From: Macrostomum lignano
Lineage: Eukaryota
Assembly (NCBI GenBank): GCA_002269645.1
Contig: NIVC01004375.1
Span: forward strand, 1 to 28,583
Reading direction: 5' to 3'
DNA length: 28,583 nucleotides
Position 1 is the stretch's first letter, and the number at the start of each line of letters is the position of its first letter. Below, piece by piece: positions 11,374 to 23,261 of this stretch. A model generated the notes under the pieces. It ran no database searches and was not told the DNA's origin. It worked only from the letters and a program-made list of their open reading frames with translations. A program made the translations under genes and the position numbers.

Positions 11374-11550
11374 CTGGGGGACGTTGGGACTGTCTTTCTT
11401 ATTTATTATTGCAAATGACAATCATCTAACATTTTTGACACATCTATATCCAATTGCATTCACTTTAATTTCTATCTCTAAAAATTGTCTTTTTAATTTA
11501 TTTTAAATTTTAAATACTGGCATTTCTCGTCTTTGACAAGACAGACGAGA

Positions 11551-12220
11551 TTTCAAAATCTCATCGTTGAGAATGGGGTCTTAAAATCGCATCCTTGAGA
11601 ATGGGATTTCAAAATCTCATTTTTGAGAATGGGATTTCAAAATCTCATTTTTGAGAATGGGATTTCAAAATCTCATCTTTGAGAATGGGATTTCAAAATC
11701 TCATATTTAAGAATGGGATTTCAAAATCTCATATTTGAGAATGGGATTTCAAAATCTCATATTTAAGAATGGGATTTCAAAATCTCATATTTGAGAATGG
11801 GATTTCAAAATTTCATCTTTAAGAATGGGATTTCAAAATCTCATATTTAAGAATGGGATTTCAAAATCTCATATTTGAGAATGGGATTTCAAAATCTCAT
11901 CTTTAAGAATGGGATTTCAAAATCTCATCTTTAAGAATGGGATTTCAAAATCTCATCTTTAAGAATGGGATTTCAAAATCTCATATTTGAGAATGGGATT
12001 TCAAAATCTCATCTTTAAGAATGGGATTCCAAAATCTCATTTTCAAGAATGGGACTTCAAAATCTTATCTTTGAGAATGGGACTTTAAGATCTCATCTTT
12101 AAGAATGGGATTTCAAAATCTCATCTTTGAGAATGGGACTTTAAGATCTCATCTTTAAGAATGGGATTTCAAAATCTCATCTTTAAAAGCGGTATCTGAA
12201 AATCTCATCTTTGAGACTCG
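11551..12220. repeat. 28-bp quasi-palindromic minisatellite in ZDHHC intron 2 (TTTRAGAATGGGATTTCAAAATCTCATH), ~23 units
   Basis: Period 28 (e.g. 11596 to 11624); the core ATGGGATTT-CA-AAATCTCAT is self-complementary. Confidence 0.96.
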
Positions 12221-12266
12221 GGGACTCAAGCTCCCAATTAAATTAACGAATAAAATATTTGCTTAC

Positions 12267-12509
12267 CTTGGCGGCCGGTAAAACCTGCAGGTGGAGCACC
12301 ATTTAATTTTGGACTGACAGCCGCGAATTTCAACACTTTTAAACAGAGTGCCCCGGCTATCGTCATCGTCTGATTCGTTGCGCACGCACTGAGGATAGGT
12401 GCCAGGATCCAGGAATGTTGCCCGGGCAAAATTGGCCACTACGAAGAATGTTATGAAAGCCTGCAGCACTGGGATAGCAACTGTAACCTTATAGGCCACA
12501 TAGGGTGAC
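12267..12509 (-). CDS. ZDHHC8: ZDHHC5/8-like palmitoyltransferase, coding exon 2 (TM2, DPG motif, start of Cys-rich domain)
   Basis: Acceptor cttcccaacAG (12510-12511), donor GTAAGC at 12266; 243 nt, phase 2/2; ...ANFARATFLDPG...KWCSTCRFYRPPR. Confidence 0.96.
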
Positions 12510-14444
12510 CTGTTGGGAAGGGATAAGTTCTGTGCCATTAAATTGTACCATAGCAGCTAGCAATTATGAGGTAAACAAACTAATTAACTTTTATTATGGT
12601 GTGCATCATCACAGACCCAGTTTATTATAGCATCTCAGTTGTGTTTTCTTTTCAATGTTTTTTCTAAGCTGAATATCTTTTAGTTTTAGTACCATACTTT
12701 CTATAATTCAGAAGATTTAGATTGATGTCAGTTGGCCTCTTGGTGCCAGTGGCAGTGTGTTTCTGACAAAAAACAAAGAGCATTAATTGTGACCCATGGT
12801 CCCATTATTGAAATCAATAGAAATTAATTAATGCCTGAGATTTATCATTATAACTAAATTAAAACAAAAATTAAAATTAAAATTCAATAAAGTTTATAAA
12901 CTTATTTTAGGTCATGAATAACCTTTCATACTAATACAATTTATGCACATGGTGTCTCAAAATAAAATGCAGAGACCTTAGCTTCAATTCTGTGCATAGT
13001 GCAAAGAGAATTGTGGATTACAAACTTGTAGATAGAGTCAAGTGCAGTGTGAACCATCATCCCTTCTCAATTTTGGAAGACATCATTTCAATATTACTAG
13101 TTTATATATACAAGCATATACAAATGCTTTTTAACGTAATGCTTACTTTTGTGAAATATTCAGTAGGTTCCCAATGTAGTAGTAGTACCCAATGATACCT
13201 ATTAGATAAAGCTTTGAATTTTTAAAAGTTCCTTCCTGAATTCAAATCTGCTTTTCATGCGTAGCATTCCATGAAAAATATCTTACTTTTTCTTGTGTTT
13301 TGGAACACAGAACACAATCATTCCTTTTTAAAAGTTACATAAAAATAATCATCTTTCAAAGCTGTTTATAAATAGGCTAATTGTTTAATGACTATTTAAC
13401 TTTAACTGATACAAATATTTTAGTTCTTCTATTTAAACAGAAAACAAAGACTAATCTCAATGGTGATTGTCTACTAAAACTAGTAAGTTAAACAGTGATT
13501 GTTGTCTAAAAATTTGTTATCTATTGTAATATATTATATTGAATAAGGGGTTCTGATAAAAATCAAAAAAGATTAAATGAAATTGCTATCCTTTAATACT
13601 TTAAGGATCTTTTATAATAAGTAATAAGGACTACTAGGCTAGTATATACTAATGCCAAAAGCATATATGGCTATTATATATTGCAATATTACAAACGAAG
13701 TTAAAAATAAAAGTAAAAAGTATGTTATACTAATTTTTCTTTTGGAATCAATTTTAATAAAAAAATATATATTTATAATAGCTGAAAATAATTTTGTCCT
13801 CTACCAATTTATCTAAAAAATATAGTACTAGTCATTTTGCTTACTAAAAAACAGCAAAGACAATGTGAAAAATGATACTAATGATAGATTTAAACTTGGT
13901 TTTGATTTGATATTCCAAACTTTGAACCTAATTTTGCATTGAAAAATTTAGATTGTCAATTTAAATTTAAATTTTGATTCTAAACTAAAGACTGAATCAA
14001 AGATATTGACTCAACTAAAAAAATTGATTTAGAACTAAAATATTAATTTTACTTTAAATATAAAAAATAACTTTAATCTACCACAATTTATATGATGATA
14101 CATTTAGATGAGAAATAAGATAGTAAAATAATTAATATTATAATAGAATAGGGCAAAATGCAAAAATATGGGATAAAACAGTAAAACACATCTGCGGACA
14201 TTCAATAGAAGGTACTTTATCTAAAAAAGCTTTTTGAAAGACAGAAAAGTCTTTAAAATAGTTCTGGATAAAATTTATTGTTTTCATGCTTTACATTGTT
14301 GAATAAATGAGTAAAAAACCACAAAAAGCATTTTAAAAGTCCAAATAGACCAATTCACAATTTTTGTTTGACATTTTTCATTGAAATTAAAATTTTAATG
14401 GTACCACAAAATGTGAACCTGGAATCCAAATCAAATGCTTCCTA

Positions 14445-14755
14445 TAGGCTTATGAGACGACAAAGAACAATGAAATTGCACTAAAATATGTAGCATTGTG
14501 GCATGTATGCAAGAGAAAAAGAATTTTCCAAATCACTTTAATAGAAGCTGAGTAAAATGCAATTTTCTGATCCTTATGGGAATTTCAATGTGTTACCTAG
14601 CTTCCAAATCAGATGCTTACTTACTGTATGCTTATTAAGTGACAAAGAACAATGAAATTACACATAAATAGGTATCATAGCAGCGTGTATGCACGAAGAA
14701 GAGAATTTTTATAGTAGAAACTGAGTAAAATGCAATTTTCCTATCTTTACAGGAA
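14445..14755. repeat. Old imperfect tandem duplication of ~180 bp
   Basis: gacaaagaacaatgaaatt...ctgagtaaaatgcaattttc occurs at ~14458-14567 and ~14641-14740. Confidence 0.7.
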
Positions 14756-14884
14756 TTTGTATGCTTAAATACTTACGTATGAATACAGTATTTATTGCAA
14801 ACAAACTCTACAAAATACACATTGTCAATAGTAACAAAAGTGATAAACAAATAAACCCTTAAAAATGGTAAATATGTTGTAGCA

Positions 14885-15485
14885 CCATAGTCACGATCAT
14901 GTCATGGTATATACCAGAATAAAAAGTCCCCTAAAAATCTATGCCACTTCATACTGAAAGGTACACCAAGGTCCTAGGAACTTACGCCAGGTTTTCTAGG
15001 CTTTGCGACAATAAATGACCTTTTTTGCGTGTTACACCTTTTTGCCTACTTTATAAACACCCCTACTCTACCCACTTCACTCACCAAATACAACGCACTA
15101 GTTAACATCATATTGTACATTTTTACACTTCTAATTTTTTGATTAAGTTTTTTTTAGAAAATTACACGATTAGTTTGCATGGAATTTTAAATTTTTATAA
15201 ATCACGAATAGTTATGAACTTTCATCTTACAAGTTTTATGGTTTTTATGATTTTATAATAAGATTCTGAGGTTACAGCGTTATGCCAACAATTGTTAATA
15301 TTAACTTTGGCATGGAGGTTGGAGTTGGTATACGATGCTTGGCATATTTACGCCATGGCATCACGCAAAAAGGTACACCAAATATATTTTGCCTCATTTT
15401 TTACGCCAATTGTATACAAAAAAAAGTTAAATTTTCAATTGTATGCCAGAAATTTCTAGCATAATGTACATCATCCTGACTATGG
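14885..15485. mobile_element. Decayed non-autonomous DNA transposon (MITE), CCA...TGG ends, 8-bp TSD
   Basis: Ends CCATAGTCACGATCATGT / ACATCATCCTGACTATGG; flanks ttgtagca (14877-14884) and ttgtagaa (15486-15493); subterminal motifs resemble CpG-decayed versions of the 24032-24607 element. Confidence 0.6.
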
Positions 15486-15535
15486 TTGTAGAATGTAATA
15501 TTATAATATACTTAAAGTAAATAAATACATTATTA

Positions 15536-15769
15536 CTGGGTTTATTTTTTGTGCACAGTGTGCATATGCACCCTAAATTTTAAAATCACACCCTGAAATT
15601 AAAAAGTGGGTGCAGTTTAGATGCAGTCTCATAACTTATTTTTTGTTTAAACCTCATTTGCACTGCCTTGAGAAAAAAAAACTACACTCTATAAGCCTTA
15701 AAATCGCATCCTAAAAATTAGCATAAGGTGCAATTTTGCACGTTGTCTCTGGCAAAAAATAAAACCCTG
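15536..15769. mobile_element. hAT-like MITE, 234 bp
   Basis: Ends CTGGGTTTATTTTTTG / CAAAAAATAAAACCCTG (CAGGG-type TIR); 8-bp TSD cattatta (15528-15535) and cataatta (15770-15777), 7/8 match. Confidence 0.7.
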
Positions 15770-16049
15770 CATAATTAGAGCTTTTCTATCATTTTTATTG
15801 GAGTCATTTTATTTTCAAAAATTCATTTACTGTTTTAACAAATCATTTTATTAAAAATAAGGCTATATGTAAATAATTTGTGCTTTTATAGATGTTTCAA
15901 ACTTTGAAAAACTGAAGAAAATTTATTTTATAGCTTTATTGCATGTATTGGTTTCCGATAGACATTCAGACAGACATTCAGAAATTGTTTAGTAAATGTT
16001 TAACAAAATTGTCTATTTATTACGCAAGATACTGTGTATTTATAGAAAC

Positions 16050-16312
16050 TTTTACGCTTGTCTCTGCTTTAAAAAGACACCTCAGATACACACAAAGACA
16101 CTTCACAAGCTGAGATATTCCCTAGCAAATGTTGTTACAACGTTTCCCAATATACCAAATACTGTATATAGTAGTTTTTTGAGAAGCCGCTACATCATCC
16201 CACTTTGGTCTTTCTGCATGAAATTTGCACAGCTGTTTTATGCATGTCTCTGCTTTAAAAAGACACTTTAGACACACATAAGATGCTTCACAAGCTGAGA
16301 TATTCCCTAGCA
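16050..16312. repeat. Two ~75-bp direct repeats ~185 bp apart
   Basis: tgtctctgctttaaaaagacac...cttcacaagctgagatattccctagcaa at ~16059-16127 and ~16243-16312. Confidence 0.75.
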
Positions 16313-19221
16313 ACAGTTGCCTGAAGGCATGCTCATATCTAACTTGGACACTGGCATGGAAAGTACGTTATACTTGTATTTGCCTTCTACCGATCTGAAG
16401 CACTTTACTTTAGGCAGATCTATCAGCAATATTAACACTATACAGGAGGCAGTTTTTCTTTATGTACATTTGTTGTCATTTTGCTATGTACATTACGCAA
16501 GAGGCCTAACACAGAATATGCCTGCACCCTGTTTTGGTATATAATCTTTCTCACTAACAAGCTCATTTTGATAATATAGATGAATTGTCTCTGCTGACTA
16601 CAATATCTCTACATCTCTACTTGTATCTTATATTGGCAAGAGTACAATAAGCACTCTAGCATGTTTTGGTACTTAATTCATCTGACAGTTTTTTTTTTGG
16701 CATGAGGTTGTCAATATGCATTTTGGCTTTGTTCCTGGTCACCATCTCAACGAGTTTCCCTACCAAGGAAGTAAGCATTTATTTTTTTTGGTTTGTGAGA
16801 GACTGACGTCTACGTATGGCTATATAGGCAAGGACCACTGTAGTGTGAGAAGAAGGACTTGGCATTCCCGAACTACAGAAAAATTTTTGAAGGCTGATTT
16901 TCCACAGGCTTTGTGTCTAACTACCAGTGTGCCATTTGTGTGCAATCACATAAATTTGTGCTTTATTCATGCTTATTGCTTTGCTCATTTTTGATGCATG
17001 TTGTACATGTAATTACATGCATAGATGTAATTTTTTCTATTAACTTTTTTTCAATAAATGGCTACAAGCACCAGATATTCAAGATTTTCAAGTACAACAC
17101 CTTGTGCAATATGCCATAATTGTGTTAAAAATTTGCCTATAAACCTTTACTTAATGATTTTTCTACATTTTACCACGTGCGTGTCCATATCATCTGTATA
17201 GGCAGTATGTGCAGATATGCAGACTGTGTTATGGGGGCTATCATACCTGCTGTTTTGGTCTATTTAATCGCCTACTGAGAACCTCTCATCACAATGTATC
17301 ACAGAAGAAATCAGCCAGCAGAAGTGAGCTGTAGAGATGCAAACTCATACAATATACAAAAAGCATTAGCTGTATCACTGCACTATCAGAGGAAAGTACA
17401 AAAATCTTTGTAAGTGGCAAGCATCACTAAACTGGGTGGTAACGTCAGCCAATGGCCAATGTTCTTTAAAAATTCAGCTGCTAATGTAGTTAAAAAATCT
17501 TCATAATGTCTGTATCTGAAGAGGCAGCATCAAACTGAAAATCAGCCTTCAAAAATTCTTACATGGTTTGTGAGTGTTGAGTCCTTTTTTTACAGTGGTC
17601 CTTGTATGTACATGTAGGTTTTGCAATGTAATTTGGAGTGCTAAATTATGGCTTACTACTGTTGACTTACTTCCCAGATTGACGATGCCATCTCTCGGGC
17701 AAGGAAGGTGCACTCCATTCCTAAAGATTACCGAAATCGAGATCCAATTTTTTGTTTTTATGCTCGTGACTGGGAATGAGAAATAACTTAAGAAATCATA
17801 TGACTATGTGGAATTGGCTTTGGAAAGCCACATCTACATGTAGAACCCGATGTTCGCCTAGGAAACCTCCTCATGAAGATGAGTCTTGTTTCCAACAGAA
17901 CAGCAATTCTTTTAGACCTCATAGCTCCACTGAATATCAGCCAACCAGTGGCCATGCTGAAGCCCAGCCAGCAGCTGGCTAGGCAACCAACAATGAAAGA
18001 GCTGGAAGTCCTGAAGGGACTCCTGAAGGGACTCCTGAAGGGACTCTTGAAGGGACTCCTGAAGGGCAACTTGTTATGGACTGCTCCTCAAGGAATGAAG
18101 TGACAGCAACAGTGACAATATCAATTAACACTATAAGAAAGATTAATTTACGAATCAATACATGTAATTCCAAGTATGTTTTTTCGAAGCCAGCACTAAA
18201 TGAAGCTCTCTGCAAATCATTGAGATCTGTATCGTCTTGTTGCCTGCGCATGAGAGGTTACTGTCATATTAGTGCGGTTGAATCTAGAAAAAAATTTACA
18301 AATTTCTGGACAGTAAGGGCTGCGTGCAAGATGCAGGGATGCAAGAGAGAGCTTACTTTTGTAATGAAGGAAGAACCCCAATTGCAAGAATGCTAGGAGT
18401 GGCACGTTATTGGACGAGGTCTCTTTGACCACTCAAAAGCCGAATCATCAACTTTTAGAAGAATAACAAAGGATGAGGAAGAAAATTTCACAAAACTTGT
18501 TGCAGAGCATGGGGTGTCTAGAGCACTTCGAAAGCTGTCCAATGAAGATCAGCACATGCGTCACAACTTGAGCAGAAACTTTGACTCATGCAAATTGAAA
18601 TTTGTAATGGAAAGAATAGCCAAAAAGGTAAATGAGGTGAAATTACTACATAAGGACATTAATATGGAATTACTCATTATGCAGACTGCTCTACAAGAAG
18701 AATACCCACACGAGTACTTGCCGGGAATAGTTAGAGAGCGCTACATTGATCCCCTGCATGTCGTTTTGTACTCTAGTTACCAACTGCAATATTTAATCGA
18801 CCTAATATAGGAAAATGTGCTTAATGTTCTTCATATTAATGCCACTGGATCGATAATTAAAAAAGTGGATTATACCAGACGCGTATTCCTGTACTCTATT
18901 GTAACAACAGCTACCGACCGCGTGAAATCTGTCTCAATAGCAGACTGCATTACAAACAGACATTCTGTCGCATCAATAGCACATTTCTTGCATGTTCTGC
19001 GCCATCATATCGTCAACATGATGTCACGGTTTAGGCAAGCCTACGTACCAATCCTATGGGTGACAGACTTTTCCTGGGCACTGATACATAGCTGCTTTGA
19101 ATTCCACCAATGCGATTTAGAAACGTATTTAAATATGCAATATCACTATTTCCAAAAATAGCCAACACTTCTGTCACAGTTACGGGGTAATGCTCTGTAC
19201 AAATCATATCTAATGCATTTA

Positions 19222-21490
19222 CACCATTTTACCTTTGCTTTTGAACAAATTCCGTTTCACTTTAGACAGTCGGAACTTCAGTTTAGACACTTTTAGACTG
19301 GAGCCCCGAATCTACATTCACTATCGACAAACTCCGTTTCAATATCGATAGCTAAGCTTTGTAGTGCTACACTTCTATCTATTTACATAGGCAAGTAAGG
19401 AAATGCACATCCAGATCTAGGCGAAACTCCCTTTCACTTTCGACAAACGCCACTTCTCCTTAAACAGTCTATGGTCTAAGCTGCTGAAACTCCGTTTCCC
19501 TTTAGTCAACCAACATTCAAGATAGACAATATACATTCACTTTAGACAGATTATTAGATGCGTCATTTGTTTACACCTAGTGTTGGCTGAAAGAGGGGTT
19601 TTGACCATAGATACATTTTAAGACACCCTTTTCGCCCCTTTGAACAATGTGGGGTGGCAGGGTTGCCAGCCAGACCTTCCGAACTTCTGAACCAGTCTCA
19701 GCCTACTCTCCCTTCGCTTAAAACACTGAAGCCTATTTGCTAAAGATATTTGCTAAAGCAAGCCCTGAAAAAGATGGAGGACAGTGAAGATTTGCACCTA
19801 GAAGAGGAGCCTGGTTATGAAGACGAAAGTGAAAGCAACTTTGAAGAGGAGGCTCCAGTGTAACAGCGACAGCCAGTGAGCAACCATGACAGGCAGCGAC
19901 TTCTCTCCGCTTACCAGAAGGGCGAAGATTTTATCCTATTGGCCTCTCAACTTGGCATCAAGAGAATGAACGCATATTCCATTGTGAGGAGTGGATGAGT
20001 GAAAAGCTTTCATGCGGCGGAGCCAAGAACGTGAAGTGGGATGGTGAGATGCAAGAATATTTGTGCGCAATCGTGGAGCAGAATCCATTGCTAACTCTGA
20101 AAGAGATGAACACCATGCTCAGACAAGCTTTTCCTGAGAAGCAGCAGGTCTCAGAAAAGACACTGAGCATAAAACTCGACGGTGCACTGTTCACAACGAA
20201 GCTGGCACGAGATCTTCTAGCTGAGCGCAACTCGCCAAGGGTTGTAGTCGCTTGTGAGCAATTTGCTTAGTGGATGTGCTTGCCCGAAGCATCTGACACA
20301 GAGAAGATCTTTATTGATGAGTTTGGCTTCAACACATGGATGCGGCGATCCTATGGACGATCTCTTTGTGGACAGCGCGTGTACTGACAGGTTTCTGGAC
20401 AGAAGGGACAGCGCATCACTGTCTGCTTGGCAGTAAGCCTGGCTGCTGGAATCGTGCACTTCCAGTCATACGACAGCGGCATGACAAAGGAGAGATTTGG
20501 CGAGTTTCTCACAATTGCCAAATTCCACAGCGTGTTTCCGGACAGCAGCATCAGTGTTGTTATAGACAATGTCAACAGCCACAATGACGCCAAAAGCTAC
20601 AAGGTCAAAGACGCTGTGGAAGTGAGACGACTGCCACCCTACAGTCCATTTCTCACCCCAGTTGAGAATGCAATATCATGCTGGAAGGCGGCTCTGAAGC
20701 ATCAACTGTTAACGATCCAAGATTCCTTCATCAGGCCGACCGAGCAGCAGCTTGCTGGTCGCAGCCTGGCGGCGTACCACCGAGACATTCTACTCCGTGA
20801 GATGGACGGCACCACCGACTGCATCATTCCAGAGAAGGTATCATGGTGGCTCAGCCATTGCTTCAGGTATCTGCCACAGTGCTTGGCATCTCAGCCAATT
20901 GATGGCTAATGAAAATCAGAACCTATCGCTGAATTATCGCTTTGCTTCTGCTGGCTTTGCCGTTTTAATCACGACGCTGTTAAACAAACATTTTTCGGAA
21001 GTCCTGAATTCTCAAATGCCTTTTAAATTAGGCAGCCAAACTAACTGTTTATTGATAAAAAATCCTTGTTGCACGCCATCTTCCGTTACAATGAAAGTTT
21101 TTATCCTTGGAAATTTCCATGAACATGCTTAATAAACCTTTGCACACCTCCCATGTGATTTAATGTCTAAAGTGAATGTATCTTGTCTATCTTGAATGTT
21201 GGTTGACTAAAGGGAAACGGAGTTTCAGCAGCTTAGACTATAGACTGTTTAAGGAGAAGTGGCATTTGTTGAAAGTGAAAGGGAGTTTCACCTAGATCTG
21301 GATGTGCATTTCCTTACTTGCCTATGTAAATAGATAGAAGTGTAGCACTACAAAGCTTAGCTATCGATACTGAAACGGAGTTTGTCGATAGTGAATGTAG
21401 ATTCGGGGCTCCAGTCTAAAAGTGTCTAAACTGAAGTTCTGACTGTCTAAAGTGAAACAGAATTTGTTCAAAAGCGAGGGTAAAATGGTA
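19222..21490 (+). mobile_element. Full-length IS630/Tc1/mariner-superfamily transposon (Gambol-like), 2269 bp, with 327-bp TIRs and TA TSD
   Basis: TIRs 19222-19548 and 21164-21490 differ at 11 positions by manual alignment; TA at 19220-19221 and 21491-21492; encloses a DDE transposase pseudogene. Confidence 0.95.
19774..20909 (+). pseudogene. Inactivated IS630/Tc1-type transposase (~378 aa reconstructed, DD32E)
   Basis: HTH-like N-terminus (DRQRLLSAYQKGEDFILLASQLGIKRMNAYSIVR), IFIDEFGF, VVIDNVNSH and LPPYSPFLTPVE motifs. Stops at 19861 (TAA), 19996 (TGA), 20268 (TAG), 20385 (TGA); one 1-nt deletion near 20011. Confidence 0.93.
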
Positions 21491-23261
21491 TAGTAAGCCG
21501 GTATCTAAAGCAGAAGAAGTATTGAAAGCGAATCAGGGACACTTTTTTGAGATAATTCTACAGAGTTATGACTATTAAGGTTGTAGAAGAAGTAAAGTTA
21601 ACAATTTGGGATGTAATGAACATTTTTTTGACAGTCTTCGAAAGTATGCTAGCATATAATGTCCAAACGCTACACTGTAAAAAATATGTGGCCGAGGAAG
21701 TGGCCAGATGCATTTTAGAAAAAGTGGCCGAAGATAACTATTTTACTAAAGCGAAATTTTTTCTCACAAAAGGCCATAGCTAAGTAAAAATATTTGTTTT
21801 TAATGAGTGCAACGTGTAATGTAACACTTTAACCATGTACAATGAATATATAGCATCAAAAATAATATGTGGCCGAGAGTAAATAATTCAACAGTACGTT
21901 CTAATCTTAAATTTACAAAGAAACTCACAATGAACTGCAAAAAGAATACAAAGTTAACCACTATGGGCATAAAACTTTATAATATTCTCAAAAAAATGCA
22001 GTCAAAAAGCAAAAAACTTGCTGAAAATAAAATTTACTTTACAAATTTGTTAATGTACTTGCGATTTAATTTGTGTTGACTTTTATCTGATCAAACTACT
22101 AAAATCATTTTCAAGTGTTACATCGCATTTACTGCTCAACTCAGCATATGCTCTGCTCTTGTGCTTTGCTTAGTTTCTTTGCAAATTGCAAGAACTTCTG
22201 CATTAACTATTGACTGCATTAACTATTGACCCAGACTACTGAAATTAGGCCCTAACAACATTGCGACTTGTGTATATATTTTTATATTTGTATATATTTA
22301 TAGACTACTTACTTCTTAACATAGGCCTAGATCACAGTATTTATTCAATTCTTGCCCTTGAGCCTTACCTTTTCTTGTGCTTCATTTTATTTTTATTCTT
22401 TGTAATTGAACATATTATTGTCTAATTATTATTGTGTCTGCTTTTTTAGTTTATTGTCTTGGTCTTTGTCTTATAATAATAGCCTTATTCTAAATCTTTG
22501 TAAACTAGGTCTGCTAGGTCTACAGTATAAATTAACATGGCCCCAGAAATTTTTTTGCTTAAATTTAGCCTTGTAAGAATCCATTTTGCTTTGATTTTTT
22601 TAAGAATGTTTCCTTGTAAATATGGGAAAACATTTGAGCAAATGTCAGGTTTTGTCCACCATTCAAAGTACACCCCTTGTCTAGAAAAGCTTCAATTAGC
22701 AAACAGGTTTACTTGTCCCATTCAAAATTGCAATTTAAGTAGTTCAACTAAAGCGGGTATACTTAAGCATTTATTAAGATTCCATAACAAGCCTTATGTA
22801 GCTGAAGAGACTGCCATTTTTTCAATTGAAGACAAACTAGATGACATTTCTGGCAAAATTAATTTCTTAATAGACCCCAACTTTCCAAGGTCTATTAATG
22901 AAAAAAGTGATGCAACAAATGATTATGATGACATATCAACTAAAAATGATGAAATCATGAAGGGAGCTTATGGCTTCATTGATCAAAGTTCTTCTGAACT
23001 AAAAGAGGCTCTAAAGGAAAAGCTTGTACTTGATATAATTAAGTTTTTTCTTTCTAGTAGAGATCTGCATTGTTTACCTAATAGACTTAGTCTTTTCTTG
23101 ACTGACAATGTATAGGAATTATTTCAACCTTTAGTAACTTGTATAATGTTATGGCTACTCAGTTTTTAAAATAAAATAATATTTCAACTGATATTATAGA
23201 ATCAACTAGTAACTTTTTGGACTTTGATTCCTTTTTTAACACTTGTTTTGATATTTTATTA

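Larger units (their letters stand above)
17776..21783 (+). pseudogene. NOF/Mutator-like DDE transposase relic, split by the Tc1-like insertion (segments 17776-19221 and 21493-21783)
   Basis: One frame runs 17776-19161 with four TAG stops. Motifs: LHINATGS (first catalytic D replaced by N), VTDFSWALI (second D), and LCTNH (CxxH, offset by a frameshift). Removing 19222-21490 plus one TA restores ...MHL|VSRYLK... in frame with ORF 21568-21783. Family call is from remembered motifs only. Confidence 0.65.

Noticed and set aside
2676-12220. CRISPR-like appearance of 28-42 bp repeats
   Set aside because: Units are directly adjacent with no unique spacers, there are no cas genes, and the context is eukaryotic introns.
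12263-12538. ORF-track start MAQNLSLPNR as the ZDHHC N-terminus
   Set aside because: It lacks TM1; a canonical acceptor at 12510-12511 and a phase-matched upstream exon at 24930-25024 explain the gene better.
12560-12770. Possible extra ZDHHC exon after the acceptor-like ctctttgttttttgtcAG near 12765
   Set aside because: No family similarity and not needed: exon 1 and exon 2 already join in phase.
17776-19161. TAG readthrough or alternative genetic code (four TAG-only stops in ~460 codons)
   Set aside because: The same relic has TGA (21523) and TAA (21553) stops, a frameshift and a D>N change at the catalytic motif, so ordinary decay explains it. Host genes use the standard code.
19958-20593. 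Several short ORFs antisense or out of frame to the Tc1-like transposase
   Set aside because: Shadow ORFs of the GC-richer transposase coding sequence; no independent motifs.
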